A DNA stretch of 64,000 nt from Alphaproteobacteria bacterium UBA2903 (GTDB lineage Bacteria; Pseudomonadota; Alphaproteobacteria; CAAGCB01; CAG-977), in contig DEDN01000035.1 in NCBI GenBank assembly GCA_002349565.1, positions 74,812-138,811 on the forward strand. The letters run 5' to 3'. Below, in pieces: positions 48,709 to 57,894 of this stretch. How positions within the stretch are numbered: the first letter of the stretch is position 1; each line of letters begins with the position of its first letter. A model generated the notes under the pieces. The model did no database searches, was not told the origin of the DNA, and saw nothing but the letters and a program-made list of their open reading frames with translations. The translations under genes and the position numbers were made by a program.

Positions 48709-48933
48709 TTACTCCGCCCTGTCTGTTGATACGTTTTTGTTGATCCATTCGTCCAAATCGGCTTTGCGGTATCGGACGACTTTTCCCAATTTGACAAACG
48801 GCAAGCCGTATTTGTTCGTCATACGCCAGACGGCAAGCGTGTTGATTTTCACGCCGATATAAACGGCGGCGTCCCTCGGTGTCATCAATCCGGCGGGGGA
48901 TATGTTGCAGGCTTCTTTACAGGTTCGTTCCAT
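48709..48933 (-). CDS. AlpA/Xis-family HTH DNA-binding protein
   Basis: The sequence MERTCKEACNISPAGLMTPRDAAVYIGVKINTLAVWR...VVRYRKADLDEWI carries an HTH_17-type signature. Confidence 0.55.
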   Translation of the reverse strand: MERTCKEACNISPAGLMTPRDAAVYIGVKINTLAVWRMTNKYGLPFVKLGKVVRYRKADLDEWINKNVSTDRAE

Positions 48934-49284
48934 GTGTTCCTCCTTTCTTTGACGAAGGCTTGAACACACAGAAACACCGGCGCACACGTCCTTCATCAAA
49001 TAAATGATGTCGGTTTCGATTGAATTGTGTGCAGGCTCGGTAAATACCGGTCTGTGCTAAAAAGCTGTTATCAATCTAAGCATATCAACGCCTTGTTTGC
49101 AATATCCCCCGTGTATGATTGTGATTGATTATCATTACCGGACGGAAAAAAAAGAAAATACGGATTGCGTTTTTTACGCTTTTGACTGATGATGAATGAG
49201 GAAGATTGATGACATTTGAACGGTGTCGGGGTTGACCGTCGGTCGACCGGAGTTTTCCCGAAGGCTTTGTAAATTGTCTGCCGG

Positions 49285-49313
49285 AAAACAAAAAATCCCT
49301 TGAAAATCAAGGG
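49285..49313 (-). terminator. Hairpin terminator downstream of tRNA-Gln
   Basis: The hairpin cccttgaaaatcaaggg is followed by a T-run on the minus strand. Confidence 0.5.
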
Positions 49314-49321
49314 CTTGTGAT

Positions 49322-49396
49322 TGGCTGGGGAACCTGGACTCGAACCAAGACTAACTGAGTCAAAGTCCGTTGCCTTACCGCTTGGCTACGTCCCAA
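49322..49396 (-). tRNA. tRNA-Gln (anticodon TTG)-like, with imperfect acceptor and anticodon stems; island boundary
   Basis: The reverse complement reads TTGGGACGTAGCCAAGCGGTAAGGCAACGGACTTTGACTCAGTTAGTCTTGGTTCGAGTCCAGGTTCCCCAGCCA. The D-arm, the anticodon loop CTTTGAC, the T-arm and the CCA end are canonical. The 5' acceptor strand mismatches the 3' strand at two or more positions, and the anticodon stem has one mismatch. Confidence 0.55.
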
Positions 49397-49505
49397 CGAC
49401 AATAAGATAAGTAATCTGTTTTTAAGGGCTTAGTCAAGTAATTTATGCACGCTTTAAATTTTAATTGTTTTTTTTATCAAATCGGGTATTGTGTGCTTTA
49501 CAGAC

Positions 49506-49582
49506 GCGCCCGTAGCTCAGCTGGATAGAGTATCGGCCTCCGAAGCCGAGGGTCGTGGTTTCGAATCCCGCCGGGCGCACCA
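49506..49582 (+). tRNA. tRNA-Arg (anticodon CCG)
   Basis: The sequence GCGCCCGTAGCTCAGCTGGATAGAG...CCTCCGAAGCC...TTCGAATCC...CGGGCGCACCA has a 7-bp acceptor, an anticodon loop CTCCGAA, and is 77 nt long, like E. coli argX. Confidence 0.85.
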
Positions 49583-49637
49583 TTCTTTAAAAAAAAACGG
49601 CCGTCGCGGTCGTTTTTTGCATTTACGGGGCGGAAAA

Positions 49638-50570
49638 ATGAAAATCGCCGTTTTAAGAGATGACCTGATAAACCCGTCTTCACCGGACGCTATGGATACG
49701 TTGACGGAGGCCGGATTTATCGAAAGCGTTTTATTCGACGGAAACGAAGTCCGGCAAATCCCGTTTTACGCCGATTTGGAAAAGACGATCGGCACGCTTC
49801 AACGGTATGCCCCCGATGTCGTTTTCAACCTGACGGAATCCGTTTGTTCTCAGGGCGGATTGGCGGTTTTCGCGCCGCAGCTGTTGGACATATTGCGTCT
49901 GCCGTATACGGGAAACAGGACGTTCGCGCATCTGGTCAGCGCGGACAAGGATTTGGCAAAGCGGCTGTTTTTGCAAAACGGATTGCCCGCGCCGTCTTCG
50001 GTTTATCGGGCGGGGGCAAGCTATTTGCTGAAAGCAAAAACGGAACACGCTTCCGCGCATTTGGACGATACCTGTGTCGTTTCTCCGGCGTCCGAAGACG
50101 AATTGCGGAGTGCGTTGAAACAAAAAGAGCGGGAAACCGGTCTGGCGTGGATCGCCGAAGAATATATCGACGGGCGGGAATTTAACGTCGCTTTGTTGGG
50201 CGATGAGATTCTGCCGCCGGCGGAGATGTGCTTTTCCCCCGATTTCAAAGGGCATAAGATTCTGACGTATGAAGCGAAATGGAACGAGGACTGCGACGCT
50301 TATCAACTCAGCCGCCGGTCGTTTGACGTCGAAAACGAAGTCAGGGAAAGGCTTTCCGCCGTCGCTTTGAAATGCAAAGACGTTCTGGATTTGCGCGGCT
50401 ACACGCGGATCGATTTCAGGATGAACGCCAAAGGGGTACTGTTCATCATTGATTTGAACACGAATCCCTGTATCGCGCCGGATTCCGGTTTTATCGCGAT
50501 GGCGCACGAAGCCGGATTGAGCGATAAAGAAGTCATTGAAAGGATCGTCGCCAATGCTTTTTCGAAATGA
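49638..50570 (+). CDS. ATP-grasp enzyme of the D-alanine--D-alanine ligase family (paralog)
   Basis: An RBS precedes ATG 49638. The protein is about 310 aa with an ATP-grasp C-terminal region (FIIDLNTNPCIAP). Confidence 0.6.
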   Translation: MKIAVLRDDLINPSSPDAMDTLTEAGFIESVLFDGNEVRQIPFYADLEKTIGTLQRYAPDVVFNLTESVCSQGGLAVFAPQLLDILRLPYTGNRTFAHLVSADKDLAKRLFLQNGLPAPSSVYRAGASYLLKAKTEHASAHLDDTCVVSPASEDELRSALKQKERETGLAWIAEEYIDGREFNVALLGDEILPPAEMCFSPDFKGHKILTYEAKWNEDCDAYQLSRRSFDVENEVRERLSAVALKCKDVLDLRGYTRIDFRMNAKGVLFIIDLNTNPCIAPDSGFIAMAHEAGLSDKEVIERIVANAFSK

Positions 50571-51036
50571 GATTTTTCCGCGGGATGTGGACGCTGTTCG
50601 CGAAATTCTTTCTTCGACGGGATTTTTTGAGGAAGCGCCGGATGAAATCGACGTCGCGATCGAATTGGCCGAAAAAGCGTTGGCGGACGACAATTCACCG
50701 GAAAACTACGACTTTGTTTTCTTGGATGACGGGGACAAAACGCTTGGCTACGCCTGTTTCGCGCGCGTGCCCTGCACGGTGTCAAGCTTTGAAATTTACT
50801 GGATTGCCGTGCATAACAACTGCCGCGGACAAGGGCTTGGCAAACAGCTGATGAAGGAGGTCGTCCGTCTGGTGAAAGGTTTCGGGGCGACAAAGCTTGT
50901 TTTACAGACGGCCGGACGGGAACAGTATCTGCCGACGCAAAAATTTTATCAATCGTGCGGTTTTAAGGAAGAAGCGCGCCTGAAAAACTACTATGCGGCA
51001 GGGGACGATTGCCTGATTTACACGATGGATTTCTAA
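50554..51036 (+). CDS. GNAT family N-acetyltransferase
   Basis: The acetyl-CoA binding motif (IAVHNNCRGQGLGKQLM) is present and the gene overlaps the upstream ATP-grasp gene. Confidence 0.65.
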   Translation: MLFRNEIFPRDVDAVREILSSTGFFEEAPDEIDVAIELAEKALADDNSPENYDFVFLDDGDKTLGYACFARVPCTVSSFEIYWIAVHNNCRGQGLGKQLMKEVVRLVKGFGATKLVLQTAGREQYLPTQKFYQSCGFKEEARLKNYYAAGDDCLIYTMDF

Positions 51037-52004
51037 CTGTTTTTGACTCTGTGAATCGCGGATTTCAGAATTTCCCCGATCAACGTCTGGTAATCCATTC
51101 CTGCCATTTTACATAAAATCGGCAAATCGGAATAAGTCGGATTCAATCCCGCCAAAGGATTGACTTCGATAAAGCGCGGCGTGCCCTGTGCGTCCAGCCG
51201 GACGTCGATGCGTCCCGCATCCAGACAGTCCAAAGCTTCCCACGCTTTCAACGCCGTTTCGGCGACTTTCGGTTCGTCAACCAGAACGTATCTGACGCGG
51301 TCTTCGTATTTCTGTTTGTTTTCGTAGGTGTACGCTTCCTGTTCCGCTTTTTCGCCCAGAACGATTTCCGCAACACCGATGACGCGGGCGTTCTTGCCGC
51401 TGCCGATCAGGCCGACGGTGAATTCCCGTCCGGACAGATATGTTTCGACCAGAACGGGTTCGTGAAAACGTTCCAACAAATCGGTGCAGACGTCTTTTAA
51501 TTCGGCTTTGTTATGGACGCAGGATTTCGCCGAAATGCCTTTGCTGGTTCCTTCGGCGACGGGTTTGGCAAACACGGGATAGGACAGCGGCATATCATCG
51601 ATATCCGCCGCTTCTTTGACCAAGAAGAATTCGCACGCCGGCACGCCGTAAGACCGAACGACCGCGTCGGTCATCGCCTTGTTCAGCGTCAGAGCCATCA
51701 GATCCGCCCCCGAAAAAGTGGAGGGAATGTGATACGCTTCCAATAAAGCGGGGACTTCCGCCTCGCGTCCCATACCGTCGACGCCTTCCGCGATGTTAAA
51801 GACCAAATCCCAGCGGTCGCCGGCGGCCAGGCGCTTCACCAGCGCTTTGACGTTGCCGATTTTGTCGGGCGTGTGGCCTTCGTTTCTGATGGCGTTTTCG
51901 ATCGCGTCGATCGTTTCCTCGCAGTCGAATTCGGCGACTTGTTCCGTTGAAAAGCCTTCCTTTAAATAATCGCTTTTCAGGTCGTAAGTGATTCCTATGC
52001 GCAT
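51033..52004 (-). CDS. ATP-grasp enzyme of the D-alanine--D-alanine ligase family (second paralog)
   Basis: MRIGITYDL... and FIEVNPLAGLNP are Ddl-like. The start is taken at ATG 52004 and the gene is immediately downstream of kamA. Confidence 0.6.
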   Translation of the reverse strand: MRIGITYDLKSDYLKEGFSTEQVAEFDCEETIDAIENAIRNEGHTPDKIGNVKALVKRLAAGDRWDLVFNIAEGVDGMGREAEVPALLEAYHIPSTFSGADLMALTLNKAMTDAVVRSYGVPACEFFLVKEAADIDDMPLSYPVFAKPVAEGTSKGISAKSCVHNKAELKDVCTDLLERFHEPVLVETYLSGREFTVGLIGSGKNARVIGVAEIVLGEKAEQEAYTYENKQKYEDRVRYVLVDEPKVAETALKAWEALDCLDAGRIDVRLDAQGTPRFIEVNPLAGLNPTYSDLPILCKMAGMDYQTLIGEILKSAIHRVKNS

Positions 52005-52005
52005 T

Positions 52006-53247
52006 TTAAACCCCTTCGCGGAAAACATCCGGATAAACGTAAGACTTGTCTGCGTAATTGTGCAGACGCAGATTTTCGCCGTCGATGCCGTCAACGTAGT
52101 TTGGCAGCAACGGTACTTTGCCGCCGCCGTTCGGAGCGTCGATCACATAGTGCGGCACAGCGTATCCGGAAATGAAGCCGCGCAGATGCTTGATGATGTC
52201 CAGTCCCGTCTGAACGGGCGTTCTGAAATGACGGGATCCGGGGACGGGGTCGCATTGATAAATGTAATACGGTTTGACGCGGAAAGAGAGCAAGCCCATC
52301 ATCAGCTTGCGCATCGTTTCCGGATCGTCGTTGACGCCTTTGAGCAAAACGGTCTGGGAGCCGATCGGCATACCGGCATCGGCCAGCCGTTCGCAAGCGG
52401 CTTTCATCTCCGGCGTCAGTTCGTCGGGATGGGTCGCGTGGATACTGACAAAGACGGGATGATACTTGGCGACCATATGGACCAGACGCGTCGTGATGCG
52501 CTGGGGCAGAACGGCTGTCGTCTTCGTCCCGAGCCGGATGATCGAAACGTGCGGGATCGCGCGCAGACGGGCTAACAGTTTTTCAAGCGTTTCCGTCGGC
52601 AAAGTCAGCGGATCGCCGCCCGATACGACGACGTCCTGCACTTCCTCGTGTTCGGCGATGTATTGGATTGCCTGCTCCCAGTAATCGTGTTTGCATTCGT
52701 GATGCGTCGCGCCGATCAGACGGGAACGGGTGCAATAACGGCACGCCGTACTGCAAAAATCGGTCGACAGGAACAAGATGCGGTTCGGATAGCGGTGAAC
52801 CAATCCTTTGACGGGACTGTCGCGGTCTTCGCTCAGCGGATCGACTTTTTCTTCGGGCGAGATATCGTATTCGTCGGAAACGGGAATGACGCAACGGCGC
52901 AACGGCTGTGTCGGATCGTCGGGATCAAGCAAACTCATATAGTAGGGCGTGATCGCGACGGGAAAGCCTTTCTTTCCGTGTTCAAGCGCGCGGGCTTCGC
53001 TGTCGGTCAGATGCAGGACCCGTTCGATGTCGGCTTTTTTGCGGAATCTGTTGCGGATCTGCCAACGCCAGTCGTTCCATTGGGCTTCGGTGGTCTGCGG
53101 AAAATAAGTGTGCAGAAAACGGCGGGATCTGTCGGAGATAACGTGTTCCGAATGGTTGTGGGGAAGAGGGGAAGACGGAGGTTCTTCGGAAGATTCTTGC
53201 GTTTCTTCCGTCATCGGCTGTTCGGGAGCCGGAAAAGTCGTGTCCAT
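52006..53247 (-). CDS. kamA: Lysine 2,3-aminomutase (radical SAM, KamA family)
   Basis: The radical SAM motif CSTACRYC is present. The length (413 aa) and conserved regions (PVKGLVHRYPNRILFL, VSGGDPL) match KamA, and there is an acidic/Pro-rich N-terminal extension. Confidence 0.8.
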   Translation of the reverse strand: MDTTFPAPEQPMTEETQESSEEPPSSPLPHNHSEHVISDRSRRFLHTYFPQTTEAQWNDWRWQIRNRFRKKADIERVLHLTDSEARALEHGKKGFPVAITPYYMSLLDPDDPTQPLRRCVIPVSDEYDISPEEKVDPLSEDRDSPVKGLVHRYPNRILFLSTDFCSTACRYCTRSRLIGATHHECKHDYWEQAIQYIAEHEEVQDVVVSGGDPLTLPTETLEKLLARLRAIPHVSIIRLGTKTTAVLPQRITTRLVHMVAKYHPVFVSIHATHPDELTPEMKAACERLADAGMPIGSQTVLLKGVNDDPETMRKLMMGLLSFRVKPYYIYQCDPVPGSRHFRTPVQTGLDIIKHLRGFISGYAVPHYVIDAPNGGGKVPLLPNYVDGIDGENLRLHNYADKSYVYPDVFREGV

Positions 53248-53356
53248 AAAAATGCCTTTTCAAAAAGACGATAACGGCGTTATATTTTACTCTGTTTAAA
53301 AAGGACTTCAAGACTTATTTGAAGAATTTAATTAAAAAAATAGCGAAAGGGATGAT

Positions 53357-54028
53357 ATGCGGGAAGCAGTCGATAAAACACAAGATGATTTGCCTTTTTT
53401 GTTTTTGCGGAAAAGCTATGCCGATTATGAAAAGGCGGTCGTAAAATGTGATGATTTGCTGGCGAAAAATCCGTCGGACGCGACCGCTTATTATATCCGT
53501 TCGATGGCGCGGTTCGGTATGGCGTCATTGGTTCCGACGAAATTCATCGGTGATGAAACCGTTTCGGAAAAGCGGATCGATGCCGTTTGCCGTGAAAACG
53601 CGGACACTTTTCAAAAAATCAGAAAGCGGCTTTCGGCGGAAGCGCAAAAAGACCCGAATAATAAAGATCATCTCATTTCGGAACTGACTTTCGGATTTTG
53701 GGCTTATCTTTTTTCCTCCGCCTACAAGAAAGCGTTATGGAGCAAGCATCCGACCTTGTTGAAGGAAATCTTCGACTGCACGAAGGAAACGCTTGTTTCG
53801 GGGCGCGTTTACGAACGTGTCAACAGAATACGTATGTATAGGAACAAGGTGTTTCATTACGGTTCTTTGATAACGGTAACGGATGCTTTGAACGAACCGG
53901 CGAGAATCCACAATATGATTTACAAGCTGATTCGCGATATGAACGCTAACTCGGTTCTGAAACAAATAAAGGAAATCGACCGCTTTAACGAGGAATACAC
54001 CAAAGGACGCCGGTTGGGATTTTTGTAA
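53357..54028 (+). CDS. Abi_2/HEPN-like abortive-infection family protein
   Basis: ELTFGFWAYLF resembles the Abi_2 LSFGEL motif. An Rx4H HEPN motif (RNKVFH) is present. The protein is 223 aa. Confidence 0.45.
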   Translation: MREAVDKTQDDLPFLFLRKSYADYEKAVVKCDDLLAKNPSDATAYYIRSMARFGMASLVPTKFIGDETVSEKRIDAVCRENADTFQKIRKRLSAEAQKDPNNKDHLISELTFGFWAYLFSSAYKKALWSKHPTLLKEIFDCTKETLVSGRVYERVNRIRMYRNKVFHYGSLITVTDALNEPARIHNMIYKLIRDMNANSVLKQIKEIDRFNEEYTKGRRLGFL

Positions 54029-54150
54029 AGGCAACAGAAAAGAGGCGTCAACTACAATCAGACCGAAATCCTGCTTAAAAAAGCTTAATGTAGTATATAG
54101 CCTCTCTATCTGAAAGAAAATATAAGGTTATCCCAGCCGTTTGTCAAGCG

Positions 54151-55155
54151 TTATCGTTTGGCGGGTCTGCCTTTGCCGCGCCGTCCGACCGTTTGAAGCC
54201 CCCATCCGTTCGCCAGTCGCGCCGCTTCCTGTATCTGATTTTCGGAAGCGAACTCAAATCCTTTTTCTTTCGCTTTTTGAATCAAAGCCCGTTCGACGAC
54301 TTTGTTTTCCGGAATGTTGTCGGCGGTGTAGCCGTTTTCCTCTATCACTTCGGCGACAAGGGCAAGCAACGGCGGCAAGGAGGATCTTTTTCTCACCGGT
54401 TTTGCCTCCTCGTATTTGAACAAAGGCGGATTCACGGGCGGACAAACGCGCATCAGCTCTTTCGTATCGACCTCTATTTCCGCAAAGCCCCGTAAAAAGC
54501 GCGATACTCTGTTGCGCTTCAAATCCAGCTTGAAATCGGCGATCGCGCCCATCGTTCCGTAAGTGATGACCGGATAACGCGCGTCTTCGACGGAAGTTTC
54601 CTTGCCGAACAGTTTGCGGTATCGCTTTAATCGCAAAGTTTGCCAATCGGGAACCGGAATATCGCCTTCCTCAAACTCGGCGTCGGGATCGAAACACTCG
54701 AAATCGAAACGTCCCGCTTTGTGGCAATACCGCGCTTTGAAGTGATACACTTTCCGGCAGACGCCGTTGAAATGAAACGCCTGAAGATTTTCTAACCATT
54801 CGTAATACAAAAATCTGACCGGAAGCTTCGTTCTCGGGTGAAGCAACCGCGTCAAGCCGATCAGGAAGCAGAGCAACACCATCAAACAGCGCGTGAAAAG
54901 CCACATCGTCAGCGTGTCCGCTCCGAAAAAGAAAGCGTAACGCCCGGTTATGGCGACTTTTTGCGTTTTAATCAGCACTTTTAATTTGTCTTTCGCCGCC
55001 CGTAAAAGCTTTTTTTGATACGGATAGGCGTCGCGGTAAACGTTCTTGAATTCCTCATCGGTCGGCGGATAACCGAACGCCACCCATTCGCACGCTTCCA
55101 GCAAAGTGCAGGTCGGCTTTATCGGTATTTCTATTTCTTCAAATCCTGTCGCCAT
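54151..55155 (-). CDS. Hypothetical protein (334 aa)
   Basis: A strong RBS (aagggggaaacgATG) is present. There is one hydrophobic segment and no recognised domain. Confidence 0.5.
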   Translation of the reverse strand: MATGFEEIEIPIKPTCTLLEACEWVAFGYPPTDEEFKNVYRDAYPYQKKLLRAAKDKLKVLIKTQKVAITGRYAFFFGADTLTMWLFTRCLMVLLCFLIGLTRLLHPRTKLPVRFLYYEWLENLQAFHFNGVCRKVYHFKARYCHKAGRFDFECFDPDAEFEEGDIPVPDWQTLRLKRYRKLFGKETSVEDARYPVITYGTMGAIADFKLDLKRNRVSRFLRGFAEIEVDTKELMRVCPPVNPPLFKYEEAKPVRKRSSLPPLLALVAEVIEENGYTADNIPENKVVERALIQKAKEKGFEFASENQIQEAARLANGWGLQTVGRRGKGRPAKR

Positions 55156-55967
55156 CGTTTCCCCCTTATTCTTTCTCAAGAAAGGATAAGAAGGCCGTTG
55201 AAGGAAATCAACTTGTTGATTTTTATCGGTTTTTTGATTTTGATTGATTTTAATTGATGCCGGTCGAAAACGATTAAAAACGGGATAAAGTTTTTCTCAA
55301 ATTGCTTTTTGCGCTAGAAAGACGTATCATCTTTAACGAAGCGGGAACTGGAAAAGGTTTTCGTTTTTCAGAGGTTGCTTTCAAAGGATAAAACACGCTT
55401 CGGGATTGTTACTGGGACGTTACCTTGAAAACGGTTTCTAAAAAGTCAAAAAAACAAATAAGACAGGATTTTTTATTTAAGTTCAAACGGTTATCAAAAC
55501 ACATTCCCCGAAAAAAATTGATTTTTCAAAATCGGGGAGGTTTTGACGTATGTTCAGATTCCACCCCTTCCGGTCGGAATTAAAGGTCTTAACGATCATT
55601 CCACATAGTGATTTTCGAACTCCCCGCTATGACTTTAAAGTATTGCCGCTTTTTTGTCGGAAAGTTTTAACCGTTTGAATTTAAAACGGATTTCAGCGTT
55701 TTTTCTGCTTCGATTTTAGCAAGCCCTATTTTCAAGGTAACAGCACGGTAACAAAAATTCCATATTTGCCCGCCTTGGAAAGCAACCTCAATTTGTCGCC
55801 GTTGATTGCTCTATGACGCCATCAATCAAGGTACGTCTTTTTTCCGATTCCGTCAAGCCGCATGCAAAAGACTCAAAAAGCTCCCAAAAGCACCATTTTG
55901 AACGGTTCCTCTTTGATTTGTTTCATGCCACCGTAAAGGCGTTTGAAATCAATCAAAGGAGTTCGTT

Positions 55968-56210
55968 ATGGAAATCAGGAAAGAATATTTAACGCGCGGA
56001 CAAGCGGCTGAATACTGCATCAAACAGGGCTTGCCCGTCAGCCAGAAAACTTTGGCGAAATACGCGTGCGTCGGCGGCGGACCGAAGTTCCGCAAGTTCG
56101 GGACAATGCGCGTCGTCTATAAAATCACCGACTTGGACGAATGGATTGAGCAGCGCTTGTCCGACACTTTTGCGGCGACGGGAATCCCTTGCGGCGGAGA
56201 TGACGCATGA
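55968..56210 (+). CDS. AlpA/Xis-family HTH DNA-binding protein (third paralog)
   Basis: The sequence MEIRKEYLTRGQAAEYCIKQGLPVSQKTLAKYACVGGGPKFRKFGTMRVVYKITDLDEWI is collinear with the proteins at 44664-44882 and 48709-48933. Confidence 0.6.
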   Translation: MEIRKEYLTRGQAAEYCIKQGLPVSQKTLAKYACVGGGPKFRKFGTMRVVYKITDLDEWIEQRLSDTFAATGIPCGGDDA

Positions 56211-56415
56211 CGGACTTTGCGGACTTGTTTTTCCGTTCGTCGAAAACACCGAAAGAAGCGAGTGCAGGATACTCGTAATACGCTCCGGCTCTGCGAGGCA
56301 CAATCAGAAGTGCGTTTTTTATGGAAAGCGTAATTTCCGGAAGTTGTTTTTTTACGGCTTGTTTTTGCGGCGGTGAACTTTTAGAATAGCGTATTCTTTC
56401 GGTTGAATCGTAGGG

Positions 56416-57894
56416 GTGAAAATGATAACGGGTGTCATAAAAAACAAAATCGACAATATTTGGACGATCATCTGGGCGGGCGGAATAACCAATCCGATTA
56501 CAGTGATTGAACAGCTGACTTATTTGATGTTTATTCACGATTTGGACGTCAAAGAGCTTGAAACGGAGCGGTTGGAAAACCTGACGCATACGAAAATGGA
56601 AAGGATTTTTCCGCAAACACCTGCGGGACAGGCGTTAAGGTGGCACAATTTCAAAGACAAGAACGCCGCCGAGATTTTTGCGACTTTAAAAGACCGCGTT
56701 TTCCCGTTTATCAAAAACGAGTTGGGTAAAGACGAGCAGTCCGCTTTTTCCCGTTACATGAGCGACGCTCTGTTTTTGTTTCCCACGCCGCAGATTGTTG
56801 AAAGAGTCGTTACGGGATTGGACGATTTGTATCAACACGACCTTTCGGGGTTGGACGTTCAGGGCGACTTGTACGAATATATGCTGGATAAATTGGCGAC
56901 TTCCGGAAAAAACGGGCAATTCAGAACACCGGCGCAAATCCGCAACATGATGGTTCGCCTGATCGAACCGACGCCGGATTCAAAGATTTGCGATCCGGCG
57001 TGCGGCACGGCGGGCTTTTTGATTTCAAGCGCGGAGTTTATTCGTTCCAAATATGAAAACGTGATGACTTCGGAACAATGGGATCACTTTGCGGGCGATA
57101 TGTTCAGCGGGTTCGATATGGACAAGACGATGTTGCGAATTTCCGCAATGAACCTGATGCTTCATTCAATCACAACGCCGACGATCGAATATCGGGACAG
57201 CGTTTCCAAAACGAACGACATCGCCGAAGAATACGACATCGTACTGGCAAACCCGCCGTTTGCGGGAACGATCGACAAAGAAGGCGTCAGCGACGATTTG
57301 AAACGCGTCTGCAATACGACGAAAACGGAACTGCTGTTTATCGCTTTGTTTTTAAGAATGTTGAAAAAGGGCGGTCGTTGCGCCTGCATCGTCCCCGACG
57401 GCGTTTTGTTCGGCACGACCAAAGCCCACCAATCCCTGCGCAAGGAACTGATTGAAAACCATAAATTGCAAGCCGTGATTTCCATGCCGTCGGGGGTGTT
57501 CAAACCCTATTCCGGCGTTTCGACAGCCGTTCTGGTCTTTACCAAGACGGGCGCGGGCGGCACGGACAAGGTTTGGTTTTACGATATGAACGCCGACGGG
57601 TTCAGTCTGGACGACAAGCGCAATCCCGTTGAGGAAAACGACATTCCGGACATTCTGGCGCGGTTTCATAATTTGGCGGGCGAAACGTCGCGCGCCCGCA
57701 CGGAACAAAGCTTCTTCGTCCCTAAATCCGAAATTGAACAAAACAATTACGATTTGTCGATCAACCGGTATAAAGAAGTCGTCCACGAAAAAATCGAATA
57801 CGACAAACCCGACGTTATCTTGACCCGCATCGACACCCTCATCGCCGACATCGCGGCGCAAACGAAAAAAGTCAGAGAAATGCTCAATGGATGA
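56416..57894 (+). CDS. hsdM: Type I restriction-modification system methyltransferase subunit HsdM
   Basis: An HsdM N-domain and an N6-adenine MTase core (DPACGTAGFL, LANPPFAG) are present. Confidence 0.9.
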   Translation: MKMITGVIKNKIDNIWTIIWAGGITNPITVIEQLTYLMFIHDLDVKELETERLENLTHTKMERIFPQTPAGQALRWHNFKDKNAAEIFATLKDRVFPFIKNELGKDEQSAFSRYMSDALFLFPTPQIVERVVTGLDDLYQHDLSGLDVQGDLYEYMLDKLATSGKNGQFRTPAQIRNMMVRLIEPTPDSKICDPACGTAGFLISSAEFIRSKYENVMTSEQWDHFAGDMFSGFDMDKTMLRISAMNLMLHSITTPTIEYRDSVSKTNDIAEEYDIVLANPPFAGTIDKEGVSDDLKRVCNTTKTELLFIALFLRMLKKGGRCACIVPDGVLFGTTKAHQSLRKELIENHKLQAVISMPSGVFKPYSGVSTAVLVFTKTGAGGTDKVWFYDMNADGFSLDDKRNPVEENDIPDILARFHNLAGETSRARTEQSFFVPKSEIEQNNYDLSINRYKEVVHEKIEYDKPDVILTRIDTLIADIAAQTKKVREMLNG

